DNA from: Lama guanicoe
Taxonomy: Eukaryota
DNA: 64,000 nucleotides
NCBI GenBank assembly: GCA_013239625.1
Contig: MU054823.1
Coordinates: forward strand, 152,305-216,304
Reading direction: 5' to 3'
Shown piece by piece: positions 1 through 13,018 of the stretch. The notes beneath the pieces were generated by a model. That model searched no databases, had not been told where the DNA came from, and saw nothing but the letters and a program-made list of their open reading frames with translations. Numbering within the stretch: the first letter of the stretch is position 1; every line of letters starts with the position of its first letter. The position numbers were made by a program, and so were the translations under genes.

Positions 1-1030
1 GCCAGGGCTGGGCCTGCCCAGAGGACCCCTGTTCTTTGGCCCCATCTCAGGGGCCTCTCCCTGTTGCCTGTTGCTCAGCTTAACACCGTGCTTGCTGGGG
101 AGTTGATGGAAATGCCTGTGGACGCCTGTCTGCTCCCGTCTGCCTGGGAATGGCATCCTTGTCTCCAGGCCCGCTCCGCAGGTGTCCTGAGCCTGTCCAC
201 TGCAGGCTTCTGAGCGTTTGGCTGCTCTGGTTCAGTTGTCTGGGCTCCTGCCCGTAGACGGAGGGGTTTTCTCTTAGCCTGGTTGGTGCGCTCGCCTTGG
301 TGGCCTTGTACTGAGCCACCTCGTAAGTGTCCCTGTCTCACCGCCCAAGTGGCCCCTGCAGCACCTGTGACAGGAGAGCCCTGTGGAGGCGGCAGTAAGC
401 ACCCCGCATTTCAGCGCGGTTTCGCTACCACGTCCCTGAAGCTTTTGTCTAAATGGGCACGTGCCCAGGGGCCAGCGGGGCCTTGTTTAACCAGCTGCTC
501 TGCTCAGCAGTCAGGACCAAGGGCCCCGTCTCAGCCCGCGGCTCCGTCGTCCCTCAACAGCTGTTGCTGCCGCTTCTACTACTCTGAGGAAGGGTCTCTG
601 CCCTTGGAGGTTGGGGCGTCCAGGGAGTCTGGGCCACAGTGTCATCTCGGGGAGCCCGGGCCTGCGCCTCCCATACCTCTGCTTCAATTTCTTCCTGCTC
701 TGCCGCCAACTAGCTTTCTCTGTGTTCCAGGCGATAAAGCTGAGCTGGGGAGTCCCCAGGGCCTGGGGGTTGGTCTCCCCTACTCCCGCGGTCAGGCAGG
801 CTGAGATGGAGGCTTGGGCCTTTTCTGGAGTCACAGGGCAGGACCCTGACCAGCTCTCCTCCAGTCCTCGTCCACTCCTGGGCCCCTGGGTGTGAGGAGC
901 GGGGGACAGGACGGCAGGCATCTGCTGCACGTGGACTCTGCTCCCGTCGTCACCGCCGCCCTCCAGTGGCGCCTCACGTTGCTGACGGTGCTGTGCTCTC
1001 TGAGTCATGCGTCTCTGCCATCTCTTCCAG

Positions 1031-2136
1031 CGTTCCTGACATGGGCACCGGGGGGCGGCCAGGCCCCCAGCTGTGCTGCAACAGCTGCTGAGCAAGGTGC
1101 TCAGAGCACGGGGCTGATCCCAAGGCGGGCAGCTCTGGAGGAAGGTGGAAGCCGTGGAGAGGCTGGGCTGGGACTGCCACAGGGGCCTCCCCTGGCACTG
1201 GGGGTTCTGGACCCTCGTGGGAATGAGGATGCTGGAGAGGGGCCCAGGGGCTCCCCTTGGGGACCAGCTGTTTACGAGGAAACTGGAGGGCAGAAGGGCC
1301 ACAAGACCAGCACATCCAGGTCAGAGGTCACCCTGGACACACGCTCTGCGGCCTGTGGGAGAGGCCCCTGGAAAAGACGGCCTTATCAGTGTGGCTCCTG
1401 TGACAGGAGCTTCCAGTGCTACTCGGACATGGTGAAGCACCGGAGCATTCACTCCGGGGAGAAGCCCTACGAGTGCAGCGAGTGCGGGAAGGCCTTCATC
1501 CACAGCTCGCACGTACTCCGGCACCAGCGCACCCACAGCGGAGAGAAGCCTTATGTTTGTCCAGAGTGTGGGAAGGCCTTCAGCCAGAGCTTCAACCTCA
1601 TCAGACACCAGAGAACGCACACCGGAGAGAGGCCGTATGAGTGCGCCGAGTGCGGCCGGTCCTTCAGCCAGAGGTCGGACGCGGCGAAGCACCGGAGGAT
1701 CCACACCGGGGAGAGGCTGTATGCGTGCAGCGAGTGCGGGAAGGCCTTCATCCACAGCTCAAACGTGGTCCGGCACCAGCGGACTCACCACGGGGAGAAC
1801 CCCTACGCGTGTCCAGAGTGTGGGAAGGCCTTCAGCCAGAGCTCCAACCTCATCCAGCACCAGCGGGTCCACACTGGCGAGAAGCCCTACTCCTGCCAGG
1901 AGTGCGGGCGCGCCTTCAGCCGCAGCTCCTTCCTCAGTGAGCACCGGCGCATCCACACCGGGGAGAAGCCCTACGAGTGCGGGGAGTGTGGCCGCGCCTT
2001 CAGGGCCCTGTCAGGCTTCTTCCGGCACCAGAGGATCCACACCGGGGAGAAGCCTTTCCGCTGTGCCGAGTGCGGCAGGGCCTTCCGCCTGAGCTTCCAC
2101 CTCATCCAGCACCAGCGGGTCCACGGCCCAGAGTGA
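1031..2136 (+). CDS. ZNF696: Zinc finger protein 696, last coding exon (9 C2H2 fingers); upstream exon(s) probably outside the window
   Basis: Acceptor tctcttccag ends at 1030. The ORF has 9 tandem CxxC-x12-HxxxH fingers with TGEKP-type linkers and ends in [19 protein letters not shown]. Motifs SDAAKH, HHGENPY and RALSGFFRH match human ZNF696 as recalled, and the position next to TOP1MT fits synteny. Confidence 0.92.
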
Positions 2137-2439
2137 GCCTGGGCGGTCTAGCGGGACAGAAGATTCCGGAAGCAAGATGGGTGGGGAGGTATTGGCGAGG
2201 CCCCTCGTTTTTTGGCCACAGCCCTGGGTCTGTGTGCTTACTGCTGCAAGAAGATAGACAGTAAAGCCTTCCAGTGGTCAACACCACAGCCCATGTTGGG
2301 GGCACTCCTGCCTTCGTCCCCTACCACCTGGCCAGGAGCACCAGGAGAGGAACAGGAGCCTGGGGGAAGGCAGCGCCATAGAGGGGACGCAGGTGTTCCC
2401 AAGGGAAAGACGTCATGGTGCCAGGTGCCACTGCGTTTC

Positions 2440-2790
2440 ATTCATTTCCATAGCAGTGGCTTTTCTCCTGAAATACAATTTACACACGGTAAAATGCAGC
2501 TCTTGAAGTGTTGGCTTTGAGTTCTGACAACTATAACCTGCTTTGACCCTGATGAGCACCACGCTGTCAGGACGCAGCCAGCGTCCAGCACTCCAGGAAG
2601 CTTCCCCCCGCGCCTTCGGGTCAGCCCCTCACCCTCGGAGGCAGCCAGTGCTCCCGTTTGTTTCTATAGCTTTGCTTTTTCTAGGACTTTATATAAGTGG
2701 AGCAACGTAACATACTCTTTTTTGTCTTTTTCCCTTAATGTTTTTGAAGTTTATCCATTATTAGTATTGGGTTTTTTGTTTTTGTTTTTA
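2440..2790 (-). mobile_element. Ancient LINE-1 3' fragment (L1M-type)
   Basis: T-rich degenerate sequence (aaatacaatttacacac...ggactttatataagtggagc...tttatccat) resembling an antisense L1M 3' end; boundaries approximate. Confidence 0.5.
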
Positions 2791-3849
2791 GCTTCATAGC
2801 ACTTTGAAAAGGCAAGAGTCATCTTCTGCCTTGTATCAGAGTTGTATGTTTATGTCTGTGTCGTCCTACCAAAGCAATGCTCCTGCAGTGAGAATTCCTT
2901 AGCCCGGCCCGGATGCTCCTCTGTGGCGGGCACACCCGTAAGTCCACGAGACGCGCAGGGCCTGGCCAGGGAGGAGGTCCTCGGTCACTGGTTTTCACCC
3001 CGCTCTGGAGGATGCAGAACTCTGCTCGGCCTCAGGGAAGCAGGACGAGACAGCAAGTCTGAGACGCTCGTACTCTGAACAGATGTCCCTGAGCCACGCA
3101 GGCCCTATGGCCCTGCTGCAGGGGAGGCCGCACCAGTCAAGAGGGCAGGACGGACAAGCGGAGCAGCCAGCAGCAGCACACACGGGGACCAGCAGCACAG
3201 GAGAGCGGTGGGCAAGACAGGGCAGGAGGCAGACTGGAAGGAGCGCCTGCAGAGGGCGTTCCTGAGCTGCTCTCAGCAGGCGGACGGCACATGCAGCGCA
3301 AAGGCCAGGGCACGCTCGGGGTGTGATGAGGGTAAGAAAAGAGCCTGCTAACAGGGCTGTGCACCTGGCCACGAGCCCCGGGGTCCAGCCCAGGACCCAA
3401 ATCTGTCTTGGGCCAGCTGTGGTCTGCTGTGGTCATGAGACGTGTCTGCTCCAGCTTCACTCCTGACTGAATTGTCTGGGTCTGGTAGGCAGCTGGGACT
3501 TCCAAAAGAGTAGCTCAGTTCTAGGGCTCGTTTCAAGATGTAAGCTCAGGCCACAGGGTTGTGCAGCCTGTAGGGGCAGAGCTACCCTTTGAGTGGATTT
3601 AGTGGCACCACAGCTGTTGGGCTGCTGACTCATGGGCCAAGGTGAGGTGGAGGGCAGAGCCTGGGACCCCCATGCTGAGCCAGGATCCTTGGGGGCTAAA
3701 GGGCCCCAGATTTGTGGTGCCTCCCAGGTAGCTCTTTGGAGCGAAGATCCCCCTTAGACCCTGCAGTGTCCCTCTCGTGAGATGAAGCAGTGAGTGTGCA
3801 GAAATCACCAGGTACACAGGACGGTAAGGCTCACTGCATGAGAGTCAGA

Positions 3850-5700
3850 GAGCAAAGGAGGATGTAAACCACAAGAAACTGCAGGCAAGGGGGCAGATGT
3901 ATGTGAAGTGTTTGAACAAGACAGACAGACTTGGGGACAAGAAAGCAGTGAGAGGCTATCAGACACAAAAGGCACGGCTTTTGAAGAACTTTCAGAACTG
4001 AAAAATAAAACCATTGAGTTAGAACTCACCAGGCAGGTTCAGTAGCAGGTGTATCGGCTGAAGAAAGCGTCAGTGTGGTAGGAGAAAGATCCAAAGCCCA
4101 GGATCCCTCGGGAACAAGGAGAGGGGAAACGTGAAGGGAACGTTCAGAGACGTGTGGGTGTCACAGGAGTCCCCGGAGGAGGAGGGGAGACACAGCAAAG
4201 CCCTACACGGACCCCCGTGATGATGCAGGTCGGTTCCCACAGGCCAAGGCTGGTTTCCTGCAGGGTTGAGGGTGGGAGTGGAGGTAGGTCAGGCAGGGGG
4301 ACAGCAGCGAGCCCATCTGGGGAAGCTGAGTGTCTGCATCCACAGTTTAAACCTCGCTCAGTCTCCCCGTATGCAGGCCAGTGAAACAAGGAGAGAAGGT
4401 TGAAGTTGTTACCATGCCCTGGAAGTTCCAGCCATTCTCGAGACCCAGAATCATCGCCTTCAGTGTCTAAGCCAGAGTAGACCACTGCCAACAAGCAGTG
4501 CCCGCCTACAGCTGACGCCCAGCCTGGATCAACTCCCATGGCTTCCGGTGGCATCGGTGCCACAACCACAGTGATGTGACTGCACTTTACCCCCTTCAAG
4601 TGCTCCAGCAAGCCTTCTCTTTAGTGAAAAGCAAATTCACAGATCCAAGAAGTACAATGTATATGAAGCAGCATAAATTAAGAGAAGTCCACACTTGAGA
4701 CGCAACAGGGTGAGAGCACTGACCATCAAGACCTTGAGAAGCCAGAGAAAGGCCCCGTCAGTCACACTGTAAGCCCCCTGCTCAAAGCCACCATCAGACG
4801 GGACAGCAGTCATGCCTTTGGCATGCTGAGAAAATACCTGTCCACCAAGAACTGGAGGCCCAGCAAAATTATTTTCTATAGATAAAGTAAAAAGCACATT
4901 TATAAATAAGTCAAATCTGAGATAGTTTATCCTTAAGTGACTTTCACTGAAAAGACTTCCTAAGTCTGTGATACGGAAGGAGAGTGACTGCAGGATGGTC
5001 TTCGACACAAGACGGAGGATCAGTGAGAGCGTGGCCCGAATGCAGCATGAGAGCACGTGGCTAGAAGGGACTTTGATGGTCTGAGAGCCTCCTGTGCTGG
5101 GAAGATGCTTTAATTCTAGTCTTTAAATATGCACAGTATAGTTTAACCTTAATTACTAAACGGTGCGTACCTTTCCAACCCAATAGAAAAAATATATATA
5201 TAGTAGTTTTAAATGAACAAAAACATAACAATTTTAAAAGTAAGAAAAGAGAAGAATCCAGGAAGAAATTGGGCAAATAATCAGAGCAAGATGGCAGAAA
5301 CCACCCAAACAGGTCCGTAATCACAGTCAACTCAACTAGATGAAATTTCCAGTTAAGACAGTCAGGTGGCAGAGGAGCCTGTGACTCAGAAGCACAGTGT
5401 GTGTGAAGATGAAGTAGGCAGAGGCCTGAGGCCATGGGACCCAGGCGCCTCGGGAGATGGACAGGGAATTTGTCCATCAGAAGATAAAACATGTTTCCAC
5501 AGGAGCAATTCAAAAGTAAGCATCTCAGATACTAAACGTGATCACCAGTTAAAACAAGTTAATAAGAGCGCTGAGAAAATCTTTTTAAATAACCAGCAAC
5601 ACAAGGAGGCGGACAGTAAGGCAGACTAAGACTACCAGGGGTTCTTGGGGAAACAGAAAGCCGAGAATGGTGGGATGGAAAGTACTGGAGAACAGTTTTC
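3850..5700 (+). mobile_element. Highly degenerate LINE-1 ORF1/ORF2-region fragments
   Basis: A-rich segments with L1 ORF1-like (agaactggaggcccagcaaaattattt) and endonuclease-start-like phrases; no intact ORF; boundaries approximate. Confidence 0.45.
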
Positions 5701-7121
5701 CCACAGAACTGAGATGTGAGTCACCAGGGCAGCAGCACCTGCCAGAATCCTCGAGATCAGGAAGGAAGACGGGCTGGGGCAGAGGCGGAGACCTTAGTCG
5801 GAGGGAGGGAGAGGGCAGATGCAGAGGACTAGGGGTCGGACCCCAGGGAGCTGATCAGCTGCACCCCAAGCTGGAAGACAAGGGACAGCACTCTGAAAGT
5901 GATGTCACCTCAAAGTTTACACGTGTTGAAGTCAGCAGTCCCACGTGGTGGGGTTAACGCTTTCAGACATGCAGACTCACTAAGTGTTCCCCACTGCTGT
6001 TTGTGAAACTTCCAGAGGCTGCAAGAAGAGGGGCCAGGGAGCCCCAGGGACGGACAAGGAGATGCAGAACCTGGTGGAGGTGCTGCGGTGACTGCCCGCT
6101 TTCCTTCTCCCTCCTCCACCCACAGCCGCAGCCACTCACTCTCCTTCCTCACGCAAAACATGCTCCCTGAAGGTGCCCCAAGTCCTGTGCAATTGCTGTA
6201 GCCCCTCAAAGGTTCTTCTCCTGTATTCTACCTGGTCTGTGTGGACAGGTGCCTCTTAAGCCAGAAACCTGTGCTATAAAGAGAAATGATCTGCCCCCAA
6301 CCTAGAATTCTTATAACTTTCCCATCCCCTGCCCTCCTCCAGCTCCAGGAACCCTCGGGCAGGCCAGGGGCCAGCTGTGACAGGGACGTCCCTCCGACCC
6401 ATGTCTGTGATGGTCCCAGTGTGTCCTCAGCCAGGCCTGCATGTCCCCAGCCACTGGGCAGTGCACACCCACCCGACCTTTCCCGGTGGCCCTGTCAAGC
6501 CCAGCCTGTGTGCAGTACCGAGGTGGCCTGCCACCACAGCTACCACAGCTCCTGCCTGCCAGGAACTCAGGATGGCCCCACATGCTGCCACTGCTCACTC
6601 GGGGACACATGGACTCTTCCTACCCCAGTGGGCCACCGCCTCCCCACTGGGAGGTCAGAGCCTGGAGGGAGAGCCCGGCTGTGGGCATTCGGGCGGCCCA
6701 TCCCCAGGGACAGGCTCAGATGGTCATTGGGGCCCTGCTATCCCATGTGTTCAGAGAAAGAGGTTCAGCATGTCTGAGGGGTCCCTGCCCAGTGCTGGGA
6801 CAGAGTGGGAGTGAGGGACAGTGCAACCCTTCCCCAAGTCAGGGCCTGGGATCTGGGATCCCGCCCGCTGGCCCTGCAGCCCAATGCAGTGAGCCGGGCT
6901 CTACGGACAGGCACAGGCAGGCACACAGCCACACCAGCTCCCAGCCAGGCCGAGTGGGCACAGCCTCCAGCCCGTCCCTCTGCAGAAACCCTGAAAAAGG
7001 GCACCAGGTGGGGGAGGGGACACATTTCAAAGCACAGGGCATGGGCATCAGCCACCTCCTGTGCAATGACACAGAACACACTTGCAGTGAAATTTTCTTA
7101 AAACAAAATTCCCCAATCTGC

Positions 7122-7127
7122 TTTAAT
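7122..7127 (-). terminator. Probable TOP1MT polyadenylation signal ATTAAA
   Basis: ATTAAA on the minus strand about 40 nt past the TOP1MT stop at 7169. Confidence 0.55.
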
Positions 7128-7168
7128 AGTGAAAAAAAAAAAGTTCCAACGAGGCAGAGAGATGCTTG

Positions 7169-7268
7169 TTAGAATTCAAAGTCTTCATCTGCCATGTCGA
7201 GAGCCCAGGTGAACTTCTCCCTCTGCGTCTTGTTGTAAATCTCCACGGGCACCCCAAACCTCTTACAC
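7169..7268 (-). pseudogene. TOP1MT: TOP1MT exon 14
   Basis: [32 protein letters not shown]; the expected acceptor reads caa instead of cag; one codon lost (EKI->EI). Confidence 0.9.
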
Positions 7269-7681
7269 TTGCCGGGAGGGGCAGGAAGGCGGCCAGGACA
7301 TGGCCAAAAGCCCAGGGGCATCAGGGAGGGGGCAGCTTCCCCCAGCGCAGCCCTGTGTCCTCCCAGTGGGGCTCGCAGGGAACACTGACTGGGCACACAG
7401 GCAGCCCAGCTACCGCACCCCCAGGGGGTGGGCAGCTTGGGAACAGCTCTGGGTCACCACACCACACTGGGCTGTGGTCCCCGCCCCACCCCAGCCCTCC
7501 TCTTACCCCAGGCTCTCAGGCAGAGAGGACTGACAACACAGGGCTTGGCCTCAGATGTGCCAGCCAGTTGTGTTCCTGTCACGGGAGAACCTGCACTGCA
7601 CAGGACTGGACTGGGGCCACCTGGGGAGTCCAGACCCCTCCTCAAGACTGCGAGCAGGCAGGGTGACCTGGGTCCACGCAC

Positions 7682-7830
7682 CAGGCAATGCTGATCTGAG
7701 GGTCTAGGCAGTTGAGCTTGGACGTGCCCAGGGCCACCTACTGCTCTCCTTCTTGTCCGTGGCCTGTGTGCTCAGCCTCAGGAGCCGCTCCTCCAGTCTC
7801 TCCAGCAGCCGCCCCCTCTTCTCCAGGAAG
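7682..7830 (-). pseudogene. TOP1MT: TOP1MT exon 13 (catalytic Tyr exon)
   Basis: FLEKRGRLLERLEERLLRLSTQATDKKES/-1/*VALGTSKLNCLDPQISIAW; 149 nt; TAG at 7738-7740; the catalytic Tyr codon is TGC (7708-7710). Confidence 0.92.
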
Positions 7831-8229
7831 CTAGGGAAGGAGAGGTGCTGGCACCACAGCTCTCCCTCATCCCCTAGGCAAGTTCCAGGAGGCCAGGACA
7901 CAGGGAAGGCTGCCCTCAGCATGAAGGGACCGTCCAGCCTTGACGTCACAGGAAATCACGTATGAAACACACACAGGCTACAACCAAAGAGAGCAGAGCA
8001 CAGAACCAAGCAGAAGAGCTGCCCTGTGTCAGAAAGATGCTCAGCCCTCATTCCTGATGTTTCACAGAAAAGCCGGTTTATTAAAGCCAGACCCTCCCTC
8101 CACCCTCCACGCTGGATACAGTGCCCCGCCCACAGACCCCAAGCCCACATGCACATGAACTGCAACCTTGGTCCTTCTCCCGGGAACTCGGGCTCCAAAT
8201 CCACCTGGACACAGGTAGAAGGCCTGGAG

Positions 8230-9430
8230 CAGCCCCAGCGGACATGCAGCAGAGCGCAGGGGACTCACGCGTCCTGACTTCAGCTTAGCGGAATCGAGAC
8301 CAGCGTGAGGACTGACAGACCAACAGAACAGAGCCCGGGAATAAACCAAAACATCTACCATCAGCTCACTTTTCACGGGGCCAGGACCATTCGATGCCCA
8401 AAGGATGGTCCTTTCAGCAAATGATGCTGGGAACACTGGCTGGCCACACACAAACGGACACATTCAGGCCCTTACCTTACACCATGTACAAAAACTGGCT
8501 CAAAAGGGATCAGCTTCCTAAATGCAAAAGTTGAAATGATAAAACTCTTACGAGAAGACCTAAGAATGTATCTTTACAATGTTGGGTCAGACAAGGCAGC
8601 AACAACAAAAACTAGACTCATCGAGAGTTTTACGTTTTGCGCTTGGAGGGATACCACCAAGGAAGTAAAAGGACAACACGGGACGGGAAAACGCACCTTC
8701 AGATCAGCATCTGAAAAGGTATTTGTGTCTGGGATGAATAATGGGCTCTTACAACTCAGCAGTAAAAAGACAGGGACACAAGTGAAAAACAGACAAGGGG
8801 CGGAACAGACATCTCTCCAGAGAAGACCCACAAGTGGCCAGCAAGCACAGGTCACCAGCCATCGGGGAAGCGCAAACTCCGCCCGCACTGAGACGCTGCC
8901 TCACACGCCGCCTCACACCAGCAGGGCTATAGCCAGAGAGGGAAAGGGGAAGGGAGACATGGGAACCTCTGTGCACGGCCGGCGAGACGAGCGCTGGTAC
9001 ACCCACCGCGGAGAACAGCCTGGCGCTACCAAGTGACCCAACAATTCCACTCCTTGAAAACCACAAAAATCACCGAAGCCACAAAAGTCATGCACAAAGA
9101 AAGTCACCAAAAACCCCCAAAACCCCACAAAAGTCACAAAGGGGAAACACCAGATGTCCAGATACAGGGACAGTAAAAGGTGGTCTAGCCACACGACAGG
9201 ATAGCTGACAGTCAAAAGGAGTGACGTCTGGACAGGCTGCATTACGGGGACCTTGGTGGCATCACACTAACAAAAGCCGAAGTCCACAGACGGTGGGTCC
9301 CATCTGGGTCAGGCACTGCAGGTGTTCAAGGCTGAGGGCACGGGAGGTCTGAGTCAGGACACAGGGTTTGTCGCAGGTGATGGAGAGGCTCTAAAATCGG
9401 GAGCAGCCATGGCCGCACAGCCACTCGCCC
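8230..9430 (+). mobile_element. Degenerate LINE-1 ORF2 3' part and 3'UTR in TOP1MT intron 12
   Basis: L1 phrases: cctttcagcaaatgatgctgggaacactgg, ccttaccttacaccatgtacaaaaa, gacccaacaattccactcctt. Confidence 0.75.
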
Positions 9431-9666
9431 ACAGGCTGTAAACAGTGTCCACCAGCCCTGGAGCTCGGCCACCAGGCACAGGCTGACCACCCGGTGAGGC
9501 CCACATTTGTCTCGTGCACTTCACAGTGCTCTGCTCTTTGACTCAAATGAGGCGGTCTGTATTTTTTTCAATCACAAAATATGACTAAGAAAACCAGAGA
9601 ACTGGTGAAGGAAAAGCAGGTTCACAGCCACCCCAACTGGGACGGGCTGGGCTCTCCGACACTCGC

Positions 9667-9760
9667 CTCCTGGATCTGCTGTCCCCGCTGGCTCTGTGGT
9701 CAGCCCTTGCCTTCTCCAGCTCTGCCTTGGCCTCCCCACCTGCTGCTTCTTTGCCTCGAT
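9667..9760 (-). pseudogene. TOP1MT: TOP1MT exon 12
   Basis: IEAKKQQV/-1/EAKAELEKARADHRASGDSRSR; 94 nt; donor is GC (gcgagt). Confidence 0.88.
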
Positions 9761-10097
9761 CTGCAGAGGGGGCCCAGTCAGGGCTGCTCCTGCCCCACCC
9801 AGTCAGGGTGCTGAGTGCTAGCCCTGATCGGCCACTCCTTGGCCAGGGGACAGGGTGAGGCCAAGAGGTCCCAGACATACCCCCTGCTCCACTGACCTCC
9901 TTCCTGGACTAGAGGCCTTTGCTCACCAGAAAGGCACATCCTTACCCACTCCCTCCCCTCAGGGAAACCGCCTCCCAGCCAGCACCTGGCCTGGGCAGCC
10001 CTGATTGCTCAAGCACCTCTGAGGGCCATGTAGCCCCAGCGAGGCTGGCACCCAGAGGCCCTCCCACTGTGAGCAGCTGGCCAGGCCAACTGTGCAC

Positions 10098-10223
10098 CTT
10101 CAACCAGAGTCTGCACTGACTTCTTGAAGGTCTTGGGAGTTGCCCGCTGATGGTTGCAGAGAACAGCAACAGCCCGGTTCGCACGGTTATAAGACAGGAT
10201 CTTATGGGCTACGCTGTCTTCAG
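10098..10223 (-). pseudogene. TOP1MT: TOP1MT exon 11
   Basis: [40 protein letters not shown]/-2/K; 126 nt; catalytic His (CNHQ) retained. Confidence 0.9.
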
Positions 10224-10781
10224 CTGAGAAGCAGGGGTGTGTTGGGAGCAGCAGGCACTGGGCAAGTCACTGCGGGAGCCCCGCCCCGTGTCAGGAGGGG
10301 CCTCGGTCAGTACCCGGTCCAAGGAGTCCACACAGGGCAGAGCTGGGGCCTCCCCAGAACCCCCCCACCCTGGCACGAGCTCAGTAGGACAGCGTCAAGG
10401 GGCCCAGAGGTCGGGTGAGCTTGGGCAGCTGGGCAGTGGTGAGGAGGGTCCCGCACATGAGGAGGGACACGCAGAGCTGGGTTGGTGCTTCACAGATGAC
10501 TGCAGAGGAGAAGACACAGCCTGGGCAGGGGCCTGACTGACTGCGGGGCTGACGCGTGGAGAAGGGGGTGCTCAGCAGGGGTGGCCGAGCAAGGAGCAGC
10601 AAGCCCTGGGGGAAGGCTCAGCCTCGGGTCCTGAGGGCCCCTCCCCCTTCCTGCTGGGCTCAAACCTGGACCGTCCCTTTTGGGCCAGGCAAGCCCCACT
10701 CTGCCCCTAGACACCGGCCACAATACATCCTCCGACCAACCAAGCAGCCAGGCACCAGCCCCAGGCTGGGGACCCACTCAC

Positions 10782-10897
10782 CTCTGGTCAGTGCCCGCAG
10801 CTGCCCCTGCAAGGTTGACGCTGGCATTGTAGGTCCGGAACACCTTGGCCGTCAGGCCGTCCATCAGGTCCTGCAGGTGCTTGTTCAGGCTGGCAGT
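10782..10897 (-). pseudogene. TOP1MT: TOP1MT exon 10
   Basis: [27 protein letters not shown]/+1/[11 protein letters not shown]; acceptor position reads cgt (no AG); 1-nt insertion at about 10815. Confidence 0.9.
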
Positions 10898-11154
10898 ACG
10901 CACACGCCGGGAAGATGGGTCTCAAAACGTGTTCCTTTAGGGCAGCTCCACAACACTTCCCAGCACCCTGACCACGCCACCAGAGGGGCTTTAGCCGGTG
11001 GTCAGACAGATGGCCCTCAGCCTTCCTATTGCAGACTCAACGCTCACACTCGCCCCAGCTCATCTGACTGACCATTCTGGACACAAATGGGCTGAGCTGC
11101 GCTGGCAGTCCCTGGGTCACCCCATCAGCACTGCCCTGAGGCCCCGGGGCTTAC

Positions 11155-11223
11155 AGTCAGTCTGTCGAAGAGCTCATCCCCAGGCTCCTTGTTCTCCACG
11201 AACAGCTGCAGATTCTTGTACAC
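11155..11223 (-). pseudogene. TOP1MT: TOP1MT exon 9 (intact)
   Basis: cag|VYKNLQLFVENKEPGDELFDRLT|gtaagc; 69 nt. Confidence 0.92.
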
Positions 11224-12429
11224 CTGTGGCAGGAAGAGGAACCCCTTAGAAAGACATGACTGGCCCACAGGCAGAAGCAGCCTCTCCTGGGCGCCCAAGG
11301 GGCGTCTGCATTCGGAGGACAGGGATCAGGCTCCTCCCAGGGAGGTGGTCTGCACACCTCGGAGTGTCCAGGCTGTGGAGAAGAGGCTGCACCCTCTCCC
11401 CCTGCACACCTGCCCCTTCCTCCAGGTGACCCCAAGTCTGCAGTCAGACCTGCCTGACACTGCAGGGCCTCAGAGGACCCTCCCCTGACCTGCACAGGCC
11501 AGTCCTACTGCGAGAAGGCTCTCGGCGGCCATGCTGCACATCCACTTTCAAGTCAGTCCTTTGAGGGGAGCACAAACGTCCTCCCGGCTCCCCTCTGCCT
11601 GGGCCCCTCTTGGCAGCCAGCTCCGCATGTGCCCCACCAGGCTGGACACCAAGTGCCCAGCTACAGAGTGACCAGCATAGCTCCTTCAGCACCATGTCCC
11701 CTAACTTTCCTGAACCGAGTGGCTTAGTGCCTTAGGAAAGTGCTCCACCATCCTCTGCCCAGTGAGGACAGCGAGGAGGCCCGGCCACCCCAGGGAGGGG
11801 CCTCACCTGCTCACAGCCCTGTGGTTCCCTGACCCCAGCCTCCAGCCTCCAGCCTCCAGCCTGAGACATAAGTGCCCATTTGTGAGGCTCCCAGTCTGAG
11901 CAGCCAAAACTCAGACACCTGACAAGGCTCCTCTGCTACTCAACTCCTCCCGCCCCGCAGCAGGCCCAGCGGCTCCCTACTCATTCACACCCTTGATCAG
12001 ATTTCAGAGGCCCAGGCACGCTGGGCACTCTGGGGCGCAGGGTGCTCCCGCCTGAGTGGATGTTTCTGTCACCTTCGACAGTCTCCCTAAACTTCCCGTT
12101 CTGTGTTCCGGAGGCCATGTCTGCCTATGAAGTGCATGTAAGTTGCCAGCAGTCAATACTGGGCCCACCCTCACTGCTGTGACATGGTGCCCACCCAGAC
12201 TGGGGCTGGGAGACTGTCATTCTGGGGCTCACCACTCCAGAAGGGGGGTGTTCCCCAAATTCTGATTTCCCTTCAGACCCCTCTGCAAACCAACGGGGGC
12301 CAGGTAGGTGTCAGCACAGCAGCCAGCCAGCAGGCTTGACCCCGAACCTCACCATTCAGAGACCCGGGACACCGCCAGAGTTACCACTGCGAGCCGCGTG
12401 CCCAGTGGGCCAGAAGACCCTTTCCAGGT

Positions 12430-12795
12430 GTGCTGGGGTGAAGAGTGTCCCCCTAAATTCACATCTTTCCCAGAACCTCAGAAGGTGACTTTTGGAAATA
12501 GTCTTTGCAGATGCCATTAACTAAGACCAGGTCGCCGTTGGGTAGGGTGGGACCTAATCCAATACAACTGAATCCTTGTGAGAGACAGACACACGGAGGA
12601 AGATGGCCAGTGGGGAGCAGACACCGTGGTGATGCAGCCTCAAGCCCAGAGACTGAGGGTCACCACCACCTCCAGACACCTGGAAGGGTTCTCCCCAGAA
12701 CTGCAGAGGGCGCACGGCCCTGTCACCTCCTGCTCTCGGAATCCAGGCCTCCAGAAGGACATGTTGTGGCCCAATTACAGCAGCCACCCTAACCC
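12430..12795 (+). mobile_element. MaLR solo LTR (MLT1-like)
   Basis: tgtcccc..aaattcac..cagaacctcagaaggtgacttttggaaatagtctttgcagatg...agggtgggacctaatccaat...ttacagcagcc, typical MLT1 LTR phrases. Confidence 0.75.
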
Positions 12796-13018
12796 ACCAG
12801 GAGAGCAGTGACGCTGGTGCCTAGGAAGGCGGGTTCAGTCCAGCCTAGGGGCGTGACTCCCCATGCACACTGACTCACCCCAGCAAGGCCTCCCTCCCTG
12901 CCACACAGGATGGGACAGACAGTGAGCTGGGACAGACAGGCTACAAGTCTCTGCCCACAGCTACCACGGGAAGACTACAGAAACCACTACCACCTTCACC
13001 ACCCACACCGGCACTGAC

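Noticed and set aside
892-1030. N-terminal part of the 414-aa ORF as ZNF696 coding sequence
   Set aside because: It starts at a GTG upstream of a clear acceptor at 1030, and similarity to ZNF696 begins only at AFLTWAP, so it is intronic.
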